DNA from: Candidatus Methylomirabilota bacterium
GTDB lineage: Bacteria; Methylomirabilota; Methylomirabilia; Rokubacteriales; DASRDR01
Reading direction: 5' to 3'
Assembly: GCA_036558225.1 (NCBI GenBank)
Contig: DATBGA010000121.1
Span: 4,076 to 68,075, forward strand
Length of the DNA: 64,000 nt
The notes under the pieces: generated by a model
The model's database searches: none
What the model saw: only the letters and a program-made list of their open reading frames with translations
Told to the model about the DNA's origin: nothing
Shown here: one piece after another, positions 9,061-17,634 of the stretch
How positions within the stretch are numbered: position 1 is the stretch's first letter
How the letters are laid out: every line of letters begins with the position of its first letter
Position numbers and translations under genes: made by a program

Positions 9061-10041
9061 GTGCCCACGGTTCGTGAGACCGTCACCGAGATGGTCCAGT
9101 ACGTCTTCCCTCAGTACGCGGGCGCCCCGGGTCAGATCTACGGCGGCCGGATGATGGACTGGATCGTGACCGCGGGCACGCTGGCGGCGTCCCGGGTGGC
9201 CCGGGGACCGGTGGCGGTGGGAGCGATGGACGAGATCGACTTCCTCCACCCCGTGCGGGTCGGGGAGATCGCGATCCTCCGCGCTCGGGTGGAGGACGTG
9301 GGGCGCACGTCGCTGGAGGTGGGGGTCCGGGTCTACTCTGAGAACGCGGCCACCGGCGAGCGCCACGTGACGCTTTCGTCGCACATTGCGCTCGTCGCGA
9401 TCGACGAGGCGGGTCACCCCCGGCCGGTCGAGGCGCGCATCGTCCCCGCTGACCCGGGCGAGGCCGCCGTCCTCGAGGCCGCGCAGGCCCGGCGCGAGGC
9501 GCGGCGCGCGCGTCTCGCCTCGCGGACCGAGCGCGCGCGCGAGGTGGCGGACGAGACGGAGGGCTTCCGTTGGCGGTTCGAGCAGCACCGGTTCGTGTTC
9601 CCGGAGGACGCGCTCCACGGGAGCCTGATGTTCGCGGGACGCCTGCTGCTCACGGTCGACGAGGTCGCCGGGCTCCTCGCGGTCCGGTACTCGCGGGCGC
9701 CCCTCGCGACGGCGTCGATCGACGCGCTGGAGTTCTACGCGCCGATCCACGTGGGTGACATGCTCACGCTGCGGGGCGCCCTGACGCGGGTGGGGACCCG
9801 GTCGATGGAGGTGGAGATCCAGGTGCTGGCGGAGCCGCCGTTCACGGGGGAGGTCCAGCACACCTGCACCGCGTACCTGACGTTCGTCAAGCTGCGCGCG
9901 GCCGGCGGCCCGGTTGCGGCGATGGCGGCGGCGACAGGGGCCGAGCAGCGGGAGCGGGAGGCGGCGGACAAGCGGCAGACGGCCCGTGTGGCGCGCGTGC
10001 ACGCGCTCAAGGAGAGCCTCGCGCGCGAGCCTGCCTGGTAG
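9061..10041 (+). CDS. Acyl-CoA thioesterase, tandem hotdog domains
   Basis: The start is set at GTG 9061 (GGAGGAG 6 nt upstream). There are two hotdog repeats (...IYGGRMMDWI...GRTSLEVGVRV... and ...LMFAGRLL...GTRSMEVEIQV...). Confidence 0.75.
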   Translation: MPTVRETVTEMVQYVFPQYAGAPGQIYGGRMMDWIVTAGTLAASRVARGPVAVGAMDEIDFLHPVRVGEIAILRARVEDVGRTSLEVGVRVYSENAATGERHVTLSSHIALVAIDEAGHPRPVEARIVPADPGEAAVLEAAQARREARRARLASRTERAREVADETEGFRWRFEQHRFVFPEDALHGSLMFAGRLLLTVDEVAGLLAVRYSRAPLATASIDALEFYAPIHVGDMLTLRGALTRVGTRSMEVEIQVLAEPPFTGEVQHTCTAYLTFVKLRAAGGPVAAMAAATGAEQREREAADKRQTARVARVHALKESLAREPAW

Positions 10042-10145
10042 CGGAGGTCAGACCTGACTTCGGGACGATTCGCGGGGCGGCTGTGGCGTCCGCGGGACGA
10101 CGGCTCGGAAACTACCGCCTGATCCCGAGAGAGGGGTGAGCAGCG

Positions 10146-10895
10146 ATGTCCGGTCATTCGAAGTGGTCCCAGATCAAGCGCAAGAAGGCCAAGACGGACC
10201 AGGCGCGGGGCAAGGTGTTCTCCAAGCTCGTCCGCGAGATCACCACCGCCGCGCGAACGGGCGGCGATCCCAAGATGAACATGCGCCTGAAAACGGCGAT
10301 CGAGGAGGCCAAGGCGGTTAACATGCCCGCAGACACCCTCAAGCGCGCCATCCAGAAGGGGACGGGCGAGCTGCCGGGGGAGACGTACGAGGAGATCACG
10401 TACGAGGGGTACGCGCCGGGCGGGGTGGCGGTCATGGTCAAGGTCCTGACCGACAACAAGAACCGCACCGCGCCGGAGATCCGGCACACCTTCGCGAAGT
10501 TCAGCGGCAACCTCGGCGAGGTCGGCTCGGTCGGCTGGATGTTCGAGCGGAAGGGAATCATCCAGGTCGACGCCACGCGCGTGGACGAGGACGAGCTCCT
10601 GGGGCTGGCGCTCGACGCCGGCGCCGCCGACCTCCGGCGCGCGGACTCGGTCTTCGAGGTCACCGCGGCGCCGCAGGACCTCGAGGACGTCAGGCGGGCG
10701 CTGGAGGGGCGGGGCGTACCGATCCAGTCCGCCGAGGTCACCTACGTGCCGCAGTCGACGATCCGCCTCGAGGGCAAGGACGCCCAGCAGGTGCTGCGGC
10801 TCGTCGAGGGGCTGGAGGAGCTCGACGACGTGCAGCACGTGTACGCGAACTTCGACATTCCCGACGAGGTGCTGGAGGCGCAGGGAGCCGCTTGA
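10146..10895 (+). CDS. yebC: YebC/PmpR family DNA-binding transcriptional regulator
   Basis: MSGHSKWSQIKRKKAKTDQARGKVFSKL... is the hallmark N-terminus of the family. The gene sits upstream of ruvCAB, as in many bacteria. Confidence 0.92.
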   Translation: MSGHSKWSQIKRKKAKTDQARGKVFSKLVREITTAARTGGDPKMNMRLKTAIEEAKAVNMPADTLKRAIQKGTGELPGETYEEITYEGYAPGGVAVMVKVLTDNKNRTAPEIRHTFAKFSGNLGEVGSVGWMFERKGIIQVDATRVDEDELLGLALDAGAADLRRADSVFEVTAAPQDLEDVRRALEGRGVPIQSAEVTYVPQSTIRLEGKDAQQVLRLVEGLEELDDVQHVYANFDIPDEVLEAQGAA

Positions 10896-11422
10896 GGGGG
10901 ATGGACGAAGCCTCCATCCCGACCCGCCCTGGCCCGCGCGCCGTCGGGTTCGATCCAGGGCTGGCCGACACGGGCTATGCGGCGCTCGAGGGCGGGCGGC
11001 GGGTGCCCACGGTGCTCGGGACCGGGGTCATCCGCACCAGCTCCCGGGACCCCCTGGAGGTGCGGCTCGAGGCGCTGTTCGACGGGGCGCGGGACGTGCT
11101 CGAGCGGTTCACGCCCGATCTCGTGATCATCGAGGACGTCTTCAGCGCGCCGGCGATTCCCCGCACCGCCATCCTGATGGGGCACGCGCGGGCCGCCGTC
11201 TGTCTGGCGGGCCGGCGACAGCGTGTCGCGCTGGTCTCGGTGGCGCCGGCGGAGGTCAAGCGGGCGGTGACCGCCTCGGGCGCGGCCGCCAAGGGGCAGG
11301 TAGCCCGGGCGATGCAGGTCCTCCTGGCACTGGCCGCCTTGCCCAGGCCGAGCCACGTGGCGGACGCACTCGCGCTGGCCTACACGGGCCTCTCCCGGGC
11401 CCGCGGGCTGACCGGGCGATGA
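10892..11422 (+). CDS. ruvC: Crossover junction endodeoxyribonuclease RuvC
   Basis: It has GFDPGLADTGYA (catalytic Asp region), IIEDVF and the HVADALALA C-terminal motif. The start is uncertain (listed TTG at 10892 or ATG at 10901). Confidence 0.85.
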   Translation: MRGMDEASIPTRPGPRAVGFDPGLADTGYAALEGGRRVPTVLGTGVIRTSSRDPLEVRLEALFDGARDVLERFTPDLVIIEDVFSAPAIPRTAILMGHARAAVCLAGRRQRVALVSVAPAEVKRAVTASGAAAKGQVARAMQVLLALAALPRPSHVADALALAYTGLSRARGLTGR

Positions 11423-12063
11423 TCGCCTCGCTCCGCGGGCGACTGCGCCGCCGGTCGGAAGGTCGCGTGATCCTCGAGTCGGCCGGTGTCGGCTACGAGG
11501 TCGTGCTGCCCCCCGTCGTCGCCCGCGGGCTCGAGGATCTCACGGCAGGCGACGGCGCCGAGGGAGCCGAGCTCGAGCTCGTGATCTACTACCACGCCAC
11601 GCGCGACCAGCCGCGGCCTGTCCTGATCGGCTTTGCCCGCGACGTGGAGCGCGAGTTCTTCGAGCGGCTCATCACCGTCAAGGATGTCGGACCCCTGGTC
11701 GCCGCGCGCGCGCTGGTCGCGCCGATCGCCGACATCGCGGAGGCGATCGTCCGGAAGGACGAGCGCTTCCTCCGCCGGCTGCCGGGGATCGGGCCCCAGA
11801 AGTGCCGGAACATCGTGGCGCAGCTGGAGGGCAAGGTGGCCAAGTACGCGCTCCTTCCGCGGGAGGAGGCGCCGAAGGAGGCTCCGCGCGCCGAGGGCGA
11901 CGATGTGCGGGTACTGGTCCGCGACATCCTGGTCCGGCAGATGGGGCTCCGTCCGGGCGAGGCCGAGCAGGCGATCCGCGAGGCTTTGGCGCGGCGTCCC
12001 GACATCGACGCGCCGGAGGCGCTCTTCGAGGAGATCTACCGCGCTCGCCGGGGGACTCCGTGA
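11419..12063 (+). CDS. ruvA: Holliday junction DNA helicase subunit RuvA
   Basis: It has the MIASLRGRL...VILESAGVGYEV N-terminus and the LPGIGPQKCRNIV helix-hairpin-helix. The start overlaps the ruvC stop. Confidence 0.9.
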   Translation: MIASLRGRLRRRSEGRVILESAGVGYEVVLPPVVARGLEDLTAGDGAEGAELELVIYYHATRDQPRPVLIGFARDVEREFFERLITVKDVGPLVAARALVAPIADIAEAIVRKDERFLRRLPGIGPQKCRNIVAQLEGKVAKYALLPREEAPKEAPRAEGDDVRVLVRDILVRQMGLRPGEAEQAIREALARRPDIDAPEALFEEIYRARRGTP

Positions 12064-12090
12064 CGCGGGGCGGAGGGCGAACGGACCCCG

Positions 12091-12137
12091 GCCGACACGG
12101 GTGCCGCGGGCGAGCCCGTGACAGGACCCGTGTCGGC
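12091..12137. repeat. Perfect 12-bp inverted repeat (GCCGACACGGGT ... ACCCGTGTCGGC) with a nested hairpin in the ruvA-ruvB spacer
   Basis: The arms are 12091-12102 and 12126-12137. The 23-nt loop contains CGGGC-GA-GCCCG. A second hairpin, CCGAC-GGCCG-GTCGG, lies at about 12144-12158. Confidence 0.6.
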
Positions 12138-12196
12138 GGAGTGGCCGACGGCCGGTCGGATTCGTCGCGACCCAGTCCGACCCTACGGGGGGCGAG

Positions 12197-13219
12197 GTGA
12201 GCGAGGACCTGCTGAGCGGGACCCCGCTGGCCGACGAGGCGCCGTTCGAGCGCGCGCTGCGCCCGCAGCGGCTGGACGAGTACATCGGCCAGCGCGAGGC
12301 GGTGGAGAGCCTGCGCGTCTCGGTGGAGGCGGCACGGCAGCGCGGAGAGTGCCTGGACCACGTGCTGCTCTACGGGCCGCCGGGTCTCGGCAAGACGACG
12401 CTCGCCATCATCCTGGCCAACGAGATGGGGAGCGGGCTCAAGAGCACGTCGGGGCCGGCGCTGGAGCGCGGCGACGACCTGATGGGCGTCCTCACGAGCC
12501 TGGAGCCCCGTGACGTGCTCTTCGTGGATGAGATCCACCGGCTGCCGCGCGTCGTCGAGGAGCTCCTCTATCCGGCCATGGAGGACTTCGAGGTCAACTT
12601 TGTCATCGAGCGCGGGATGCACGCGCGGACCATGCGGATCCCGCTCAAGCCGTTCACCCTGGTCGGCGCCACGACGCGACCGGGCATGCTGAGTGCGCCG
12701 CTGCGCGAGCGGTTCGGGATCTTCCATCATCTGGACTTCTACGACGACGACGAGCTCGGGCGGATCGTCGTCCGGTCGGCCGGGATCCTCGGCGTCCCCA
12801 TAGAGGCGGGCGGGGCCGTCGAGATCGCGCGGCGGGCCCGCGGCACGCCGCGCATCGCGAACCGCCTCCTGCGGCGCGTGCGGGACTTCGCCCAGGTCAA
12901 GGGCGACGGGCGGATCAGCCGCGACGTCGCCGACGCGTCGCTCACCATGGAGGGCGTGGACACGCGCGGGCTGGACCGGCTGGACCGGCGCTTCCTCCAG
13001 GCCATCATCGAGCAATACGGAGGCGGTCCGGTGGGCCTCGAGGCCATCGCCGCGACGATCAACGACGACGCGGAGACGCTGGCGGAGCTGGTCGAGCCCT
13101 ATCTCCTCAAGATCGGGCTGGTGGTGCGGACCCCGAACGGCCGGCGCGCGACGCCCGTCGCCTACCGGCACCTCGGTCACCGGGGGGGCGAGGGGCCCCT
13201 CCAGCTGTCACTCGAGTAG
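12197..13219 (+). CDS. ruvB: Holliday junction DNA helicase RuvB
   Basis: It has LRPQRLDEYIGQ, Walker A GPPGLGKTT, DEIHRL and the sensor region. The start is GTG. Confidence 0.95.
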   Translation: MSEDLLSGTPLADEAPFERALRPQRLDEYIGQREAVESLRVSVEAARQRGECLDHVLLYGPPGLGKTTLAIILANEMGSGLKSTSGPALERGDDLMGVLTSLEPRDVLFVDEIHRLPRVVEELLYPAMEDFEVNFVIERGMHARTMRIPLKPFTLVGATTRPGMLSAPLRERFGIFHHLDFYDDDELGRIVVRSAGILGVPIEAGGAVEIARRARGTPRIANRLLRRVRDFAQVKGDGRISRDVADASLTMEGVDTRGLDRLDRRFLQAIIEQYGGGPVGLEAIAATINDDAETLAELVEPYLLKIGLVVRTPNGRRATPVAYRHLGHRGGEGPLQLSLE

Positions 13220-13239
13220 ACTGGCGAGTGGGCAGGGCG

Positions 13240-13467
13240 ATGGCGGACGTCGGCCGGACGCTGGTGCTCCTCGGGGTCGTCCTGGTCGTCCTCGGCGGCG
13301 CCCTCTGGCTTGGCGGCGCCGTCGGCGTCAAGGTCCCGTTCCTCGGGCGGCTGCCCGGCGACGTCCACGTCGAGCGCGGTAACTGGTCGTTCTATTTCCC
13401 GCTGACCACCTCGATCCTCCTGAGCATCGTGCTCACGCTGATCCTGGCGCTGCTCTCTCGCCGATGA
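13240..13467 (+). CDS. DUF2905-like small membrane protein
   Basis: 75 aa with two hydrophobic helices and LPGDV...RGNWSFYFPLTTSILLS, typical of the small membrane protein often found after ruvB. An alternative ATG lies at 13228. Confidence 0.7.
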   Translation: MADVGRTLVLLGVVLVVLGGALWLGGAVGVKVPFLGRLPGDVHVERGNWSFYFPLTTSILLSIVLTLILALLSRR

Positions 13468-14636
13468 GGGAGCGCGCGAGCGGGACGGCGCGCCGCGCCT
13501 CCGTGGGGCGGACGATCGCGGCTGTCGTCGTGTGTCTCGCGGGCGCGGCCGGGGCCGCGCCGCCCGCGGGGGCCCTCGAGCCGATCCGGCTCGCGCTGGC
13601 GGACGGCGTCCGTCACGTGGAGATCGGCGTGGCCGAGACCGTGACGGTGCTCGACCCGGCGGCGGGGCGGGTGCTCTTCAGCGTGCCCGGTCCGCGCATC
13701 CTCCGGGTGGTGCCCTCGGGGCCCGGGCTCGACGTGGTCGGGGCCCGGCGGGTGGATCTGCCTCGCCTCCGGCTCGAGGCGCGCCGGGGTCTCCTCCGGG
13801 TCGGCACGCGGGACTACGGGGGGACGCTCGAGATCTGGCGCCAGGGAGACGGTCTCCTCCTGGTGAACGAGCTGCCCATGGAGGAGTACATCGCGGGGAC
13901 GGTCCGCGGCGAGGCCTCCGAGCGGTGGCCGATGGAGGCCCTGCGGGCGATGGCGGTTGTGGCGCGCACGTACGCCGTGTTCCAGCAGGGCCGCGCCGTG
14001 GGGAAGGCGTTCCACGTCGTGGCGGGCAACCAGGACCAGAACTTCGCCGGCTGGGCGACGGAGGGGTCGCCCGCCCGGGAGGCCGCCCGCACGACGGCCG
14101 GGCAGGTGCTGACGTGGCAGGGCCGGGTGTTCCCGACCTTCTACCACTCGGATTCCGGCGGCTTCACTGAGGCGGCGCAGAGCGTCTTCTCGGGAGACGG
14201 CGTGCCACCGCTCGAGGGCGTCCGTGACGAGTTCTCCATGGAGTCGCCGAACTACACGTGGACCGTGACCCTCCCGCTCACCGCGATCGGCGAGCGCCTC
14301 CGCCGGGGTGGGCTCGACGTTGGTCAGGTGACCCGGCTCACGGTGCTCGAGCGCAGCGCCTCCTTCCGAGTGGCCCGGCTCACGGTCGAGGGCTCGCGCG
14401 GGACGGCCACGCTCCGCGGGGCCGACTTCCGCCGGTTGATCGGGTACGATGCGCTGAAGAGCACGCTGTTCGTCCCGGTCGCCCAGGACGGCGTGGTGCG
14501 GTTCGAGGGGCGGGGATGGGGCCACGGCGTGGGCCTGTCCCAGTTCGGCGCCAAGGGCATGGCCGACCGCGGATACGCGTATCCGCAGATCCTCGAGCAC
14601 TACTATCCGGGCACCGTGCTGGTGACCCTCCGCTGA
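13464..14636 (+). CDS. SpoIID/LytB domain-containing protein
   Basis: It has a signal-like N-terminus, EEYIAGTVRGE and FYHSDSGGFTE motifs, and GHGVGLSQFGA. Confidence 0.8.
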   Translation: MRERASGTARRASVGRTIAAVVVCLAGAAGAAPPAGALEPIRLALADGVRHVEIGVAETVTVLDPAAGRVLFSVPGPRILRVVPSGPGLDVVGARRVDLPRLRLEARRGLLRVGTRDYGGTLEIWRQGDGLLLVNELPMEEYIAGTVRGEASERWPMEALRAMAVVARTYAVFQQGRAVGKAFHVVAGNQDQNFAGWATEGSPAREAARTTAGQVLTWQGRVFPTFYHSDSGGFTEAAQSVFSGDGVPPLEGVRDEFSMESPNYTWTVTLPLTAIGERLRRGGLDVGQVTRLTVLERSASFRVARLTVEGSRGTATLRGADFRRLIGYDALKSTLFVPVAQDGVVRFEGRGWGHGVGLSQFGAKGMADRGYAYPQILEHYYPGTVLVTLR

Positions 14637-14670
14637 GCGACCGCCGGGGGCCCCGCGAGCGACGGATCCC

Positions 14671-15006
14671 ATGAGCGAGATCACCTGGAGCGACTTCGAG
14701 CGGGTGGACATGCGGGTCGGCACCGTCGTGCGGGCCGAGCCTTTCCCGGAGGCCCGGAAGCCGGCGTACAAGCTCTGGATCGACCTCGGCCCGCTCGGCG
14801 AGCGGCGGTCGAGTGCTCAGATCACGGACCGGTACCGGCCCGAGGACCTGCTCGGCCGACAGGTCGTGTGCGTCGTCAACTTCCCGCCGAAGCAGATCGG
14901 GCCCTTCGTCTCCGAGGTGCTCGTGCTCGGGGCCTATGGCGATGGCGGCGAGGTGATCCTGCTCCGCCCGGACGACGATGTCGAGCGAGGCAGCCGCATT
15001 GGCTAG
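14671..15006 (+). CDS. tRNA-binding (CsaA/EMAP-like OB-fold) protein
   Basis: FERVDMRVGTVVRAEPFPEARKPAYKLWIDLG...QVVCVVNFPPKQIG matches the CsaA-type tRNA-binding domain. Confidence 0.8.
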   Translation: MSEITWSDFERVDMRVGTVVRAEPFPEARKPAYKLWIDLGPLGERRSSAQITDRYRPEDLLGRQVVCVVNFPPKQIGPFVSEVLVLGAYGDGGEVILLRPDDDVERGSRIG

Positions 15007-16084
15007 TCGCGCGACGTCGGTCGGTGGCGACCTTGCGCAGTTCGACTACGCGCTGCCGCCGGACCGGATCGCCCAGGAGCCGGCGGAGACGCGCGACGCG
15101 GCGCGGCTACTGGTCCTCGACCGGCGGTCGGGCGCGCTCCAGGACACCCACGTGTCGGACCTCGGTCGCTTCCTCCGGGCGGGGGACTGTCTCGTCGTGA
15201 ACGACACGCGGGTCCTGCCCGCCCGGCTCCTCGGGCGGATCGTCGGGACCGAGCGCGATGTCGAGCTCCTGCTGCTCCACCCGATCGGTCCGGCCGCGGA
15301 GGACTGGGCCGCACTCCTGCGCCCGGCCCGCCGCTGTCCGGCCGGGACGACGGTCGTCCTGGCCGAGGGCGCGGCGCGGGCGACCGTGACCCACCGGGAG
15401 GATCTGGGACAGGCGCGCGTCCGGCTCGAGGGGACCGGCCCGGTCGAGGCCTTCCTCGAAGCCCACGGGCTGCCGCCCTTGCCGCCATACATCCGCCGCT
15501 ACCGAAAGCCCGGGGGCGAGGACTGGGCGCGCTACCAGACGGTCTACGCGCGACGGCCCGGTGCCGTGGCCGCGCCGACGGCGGGTCTCCACTTCACGGC
15601 CGAGCTCTTGGCCCGGCTCGAGACGCGGGGCGTCGAGCTCCACCGGGTGACGCTCCACGTGGGCCCGGGGACGTTCCGGCCCGTGCGGGCCGAGCGGGTG
15701 GCTGATCACCGGGTGGACGCCGAGCGGTTCGAGGTCTCCGAGACGACGGCCGCCGCGGTCAGCCGGGCGCGCCGCGAGGGCCGCCGCGTCGTGGCGGTCG
15801 GGACGACCACCGTGCGGACGCTCGAGACGGTGGCCCGTCCGGACGGCAGCGTCGCGCCGGGCGCCGGCTGGACGGATCTCACCATCGTCCCGGGCCACGC
15901 GTTCCGCGTGGTGGACGCGCTGCTCACGAACTTCCACCTGCCGCGCTCGTCGCTGCTCCTGCTCGTGTCGGCGTTCGCTGGCCGCGAGCGGGTCCTGGGC
16001 GCCTACGCCCACGCCGTCGCCGCCGGCTACCGCTTCTACAGCTACGGCGACGCCATGCTGATCGCCGACGGGATCGGGCCTTGA
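14978..16084 (+). CDS. queA: S-adenosylmethionine:tRNA ribosyltransferase-isomerase
   Basis: It has FDYALPPDRIAQEP, VVNDTRVLPARL, TAGLHFT and TNFHLPRSSLL. The start is uncertain (ATG 14978 overlaps the previous gene by 29 nt; an in-frame TTG lies at 14999). Confidence 0.88.
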   Translation: MSSEAAALASRATSVGGDLAQFDYALPPDRIAQEPAETRDAARLLVLDRRSGALQDTHVSDLGRFLRAGDCLVVNDTRVLPARLLGRIVGTERDVELLLLHPIGPAAEDWAALLRPARRCPAGTTVVLAEGAARATVTHREDLGQARVRLEGTGPVEAFLEAHGLPPLPPYIRRYRKPGGEDWARYQTVYARRPGAVAAPTAGLHFTAELLARLETRGVELHRVTLHVGPGTFRPVRAERVADHRVDAERFEVSETTAAAVSRARREGRRVVAVGTTTVRTLETVARPDGSVAPGAGWTDLTIVPGHAFRVVDALLTNFHLPRSSLLLLVSAFAGRERVLGAYAHAVAAGYRFYSYGDAMLIADGIGP

Positions 16085-17289
16085 GCGGCCCCGAGCCCGG
16101 AAGTCAAAGTCGGGGTCTGACCCCGTTTTGGGTTTTGGCGCAGGATGGCGGGGCGCGGAGGGGGCGCCTCGACACCCTGCACGGCGCGGTCGAAACGCCG
16201 GCGTTCATGCCGGTCGGGACGCTGGGCGCGGTGAAGAGCCTCACCCCGGCCGACCTCCGGGAGGTCGGCGCTCAGATCGTCCTCGCCAACACGTATCACC
16301 TCTACCTGCGCCCCGGTTCCGCGCTGATCGCCGAGCTGGGAGGGCTCCACCGCTTCATGGCGTGGGATGGGCCCATCCTCACGGACTCCGGCGGATACCA
16401 GGTGTGGAGCCTCGCCGCGCTCCGGACCATCCGCGAGGACGGCGTGCGCTTCCGCTCTCACCTCGACGGCGGCACCGAGCACCTGCTGACGCCCGAGCTC
16501 GTCGTCGAGGTGCAGCAGGCGCTGGGGGTCGACGTGCTGCATCCGCTCGACGAGTGCCTGCCGTACCCGGCGACTCGGGACGCGGCCGAGACATCCCTCG
16601 CGCGCACGGTCCGCTGGGCCCGGCGGGCGCACGCGGCGCACATCGCGGGGCGGCGCCCGGGTCAGGCCTGCTTCGGGATCGTTCAGGGGGGGATGCACGC
16701 GGATCTCCGGCGGGGGGCGGTGGCGGAGACCTGCGCGATCGGGTTCGACGGCTACGCGCTCGGCGGCTTCGCGGTGGGCGAGCCGCGAGGACTGATGCGG
16801 GACCTGGTCGAGCTCACGGCCGCCGCCCTTCCCGCCGACCGGCCCCGGTACCTGATGGGCGTCGGCCGCCCGTCCGACCTCGTGGACGCGGTGGCGGCGG
16901 GGGTGGACATGTTCGACTGCGTCCTGCCGACGCGGCACGCCCGGACCGGCCAGGCGTTCACGAGTCGGGGCGTGGTCGTCATCCGCCACGCCGCGCACGC
17001 CCGGGCCGGCGAGCCGCTGGACCCGGCGTGCCCCTGCTACGCCTGCCGGCACTTCTCGCGCGCCTACCTGCGGCACCTCTTCCTGGCGCGGGAGCTCACC
17101 GTTTACCGGCTCCTCACGCTCCACAACCTGACATACTATCTCGGCTTGATGGCCGGCCTCCGTGCCGCCATCTCGGCCGGCAGCTTCGCAGCGCTCCGAC
17201 AGGCCGTGCTCGACGCCTACGGGTCGGACGACGCCGAGCCGGTGACCACGCCGGGCGGTGACCCGCCCGGGCAAGAGGAGGCATCGTGA
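16081..17289 (+). CDS. tgt: Queuine tRNA-ribosyltransferase
   Basis: It has ARRGRLDTLHGAVETPAFMPVGT, LANTYHL, DSGGYQV and the zinc site CPCYACRHFSRAYLRHL. The listed TTG start is probably a little too far upstream. Confidence 0.9.
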   Translation: MSGPEPGSQSRGLTPFWVLAQDGGARRGRLDTLHGAVETPAFMPVGTLGAVKSLTPADLREVGAQIVLANTYHLYLRPGSALIAELGGLHRFMAWDGPILTDSGGYQVWSLAALRTIREDGVRFRSHLDGGTEHLLTPELVVEVQQALGVDVLHPLDECLPYPATRDAAETSLARTVRWARRAHAAHIAGRRPGQACFGIVQGGMHADLRRGAVAETCAIGFDGYALGGFAVGEPRGLMRDLVELTAAALPADRPRYLMGVGRPSDLVDAVAAGVDMFDCVLPTRHARTGQAFTSRGVVVIRHAAHARAGEPLDPACPCYACRHFSRAYLRHLFLARELTVYRLLTLHNLTYYLGLMAGLRAAISAGSFAALRQAVLDAYGSDDAEPVTTPGGDPPGQEEAS

Positions 17290-17624
17290 TCGACCTCGCC
17301 TACGCCATGGGGCCGTCGCCGCAGCCGGGCGGCGGCGCCGCGTCCATGCTGGTCCAGCTCGTGCCGATCGCGCTCGTGCTGGGCATCTTCTTCTTCCTCG
17401 TCATCCGGCCCCAGCAGCAGGAGCGCCGGCGGCGCGAGCAGATGCTCGCCAACCTGAAGAAGGGCGACCGGGTGGTGACGTCCGGCGGCCTGATCGGCAC
17501 CGTCGTCAACGTCACGGACCGGAAGGTGAGCCTCAAGCTCGGGGACTCCGTCCGCGTGGAGTGTCTCCGGAGCGCCGTCACGGGGCTCGAGTCCGACCCC
17601 AAGGCCGACGCGGACCAGGCCTGA
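17286..17624 (+). CDS. yajC: Preprotein translocase subunit YajC
   Basis: GTG start with GAGGAGG 4 nt upstream. It has FFFLVIRPQQ...LKKGDRVVTSGGLIGTV. Confidence 0.88.
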   Translation: MIDLAYAMGPSPQPGGGAASMLVQLVPIALVLGIFFFLVIRPQQQERRRREQMLANLKKGDRVVTSGGLIGTVVNVTDRKVSLKLGDSVRVECLRSAVTGLESDPKADADQA

Positions 17625-17634
17625 GGGCGCCGGC

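Noticed and set aside
7321-10002. 893-aa minus-strand ORF antisense to the SBP and thioesterase genes, plus 7602-9077 (plus strand, 491 aa)
   Set aside because: The proteins are low-complexity and Arg/Pro-rich with no motifs. The sense frames carry a signal peptide with SBP motifs and hotdog motifs.
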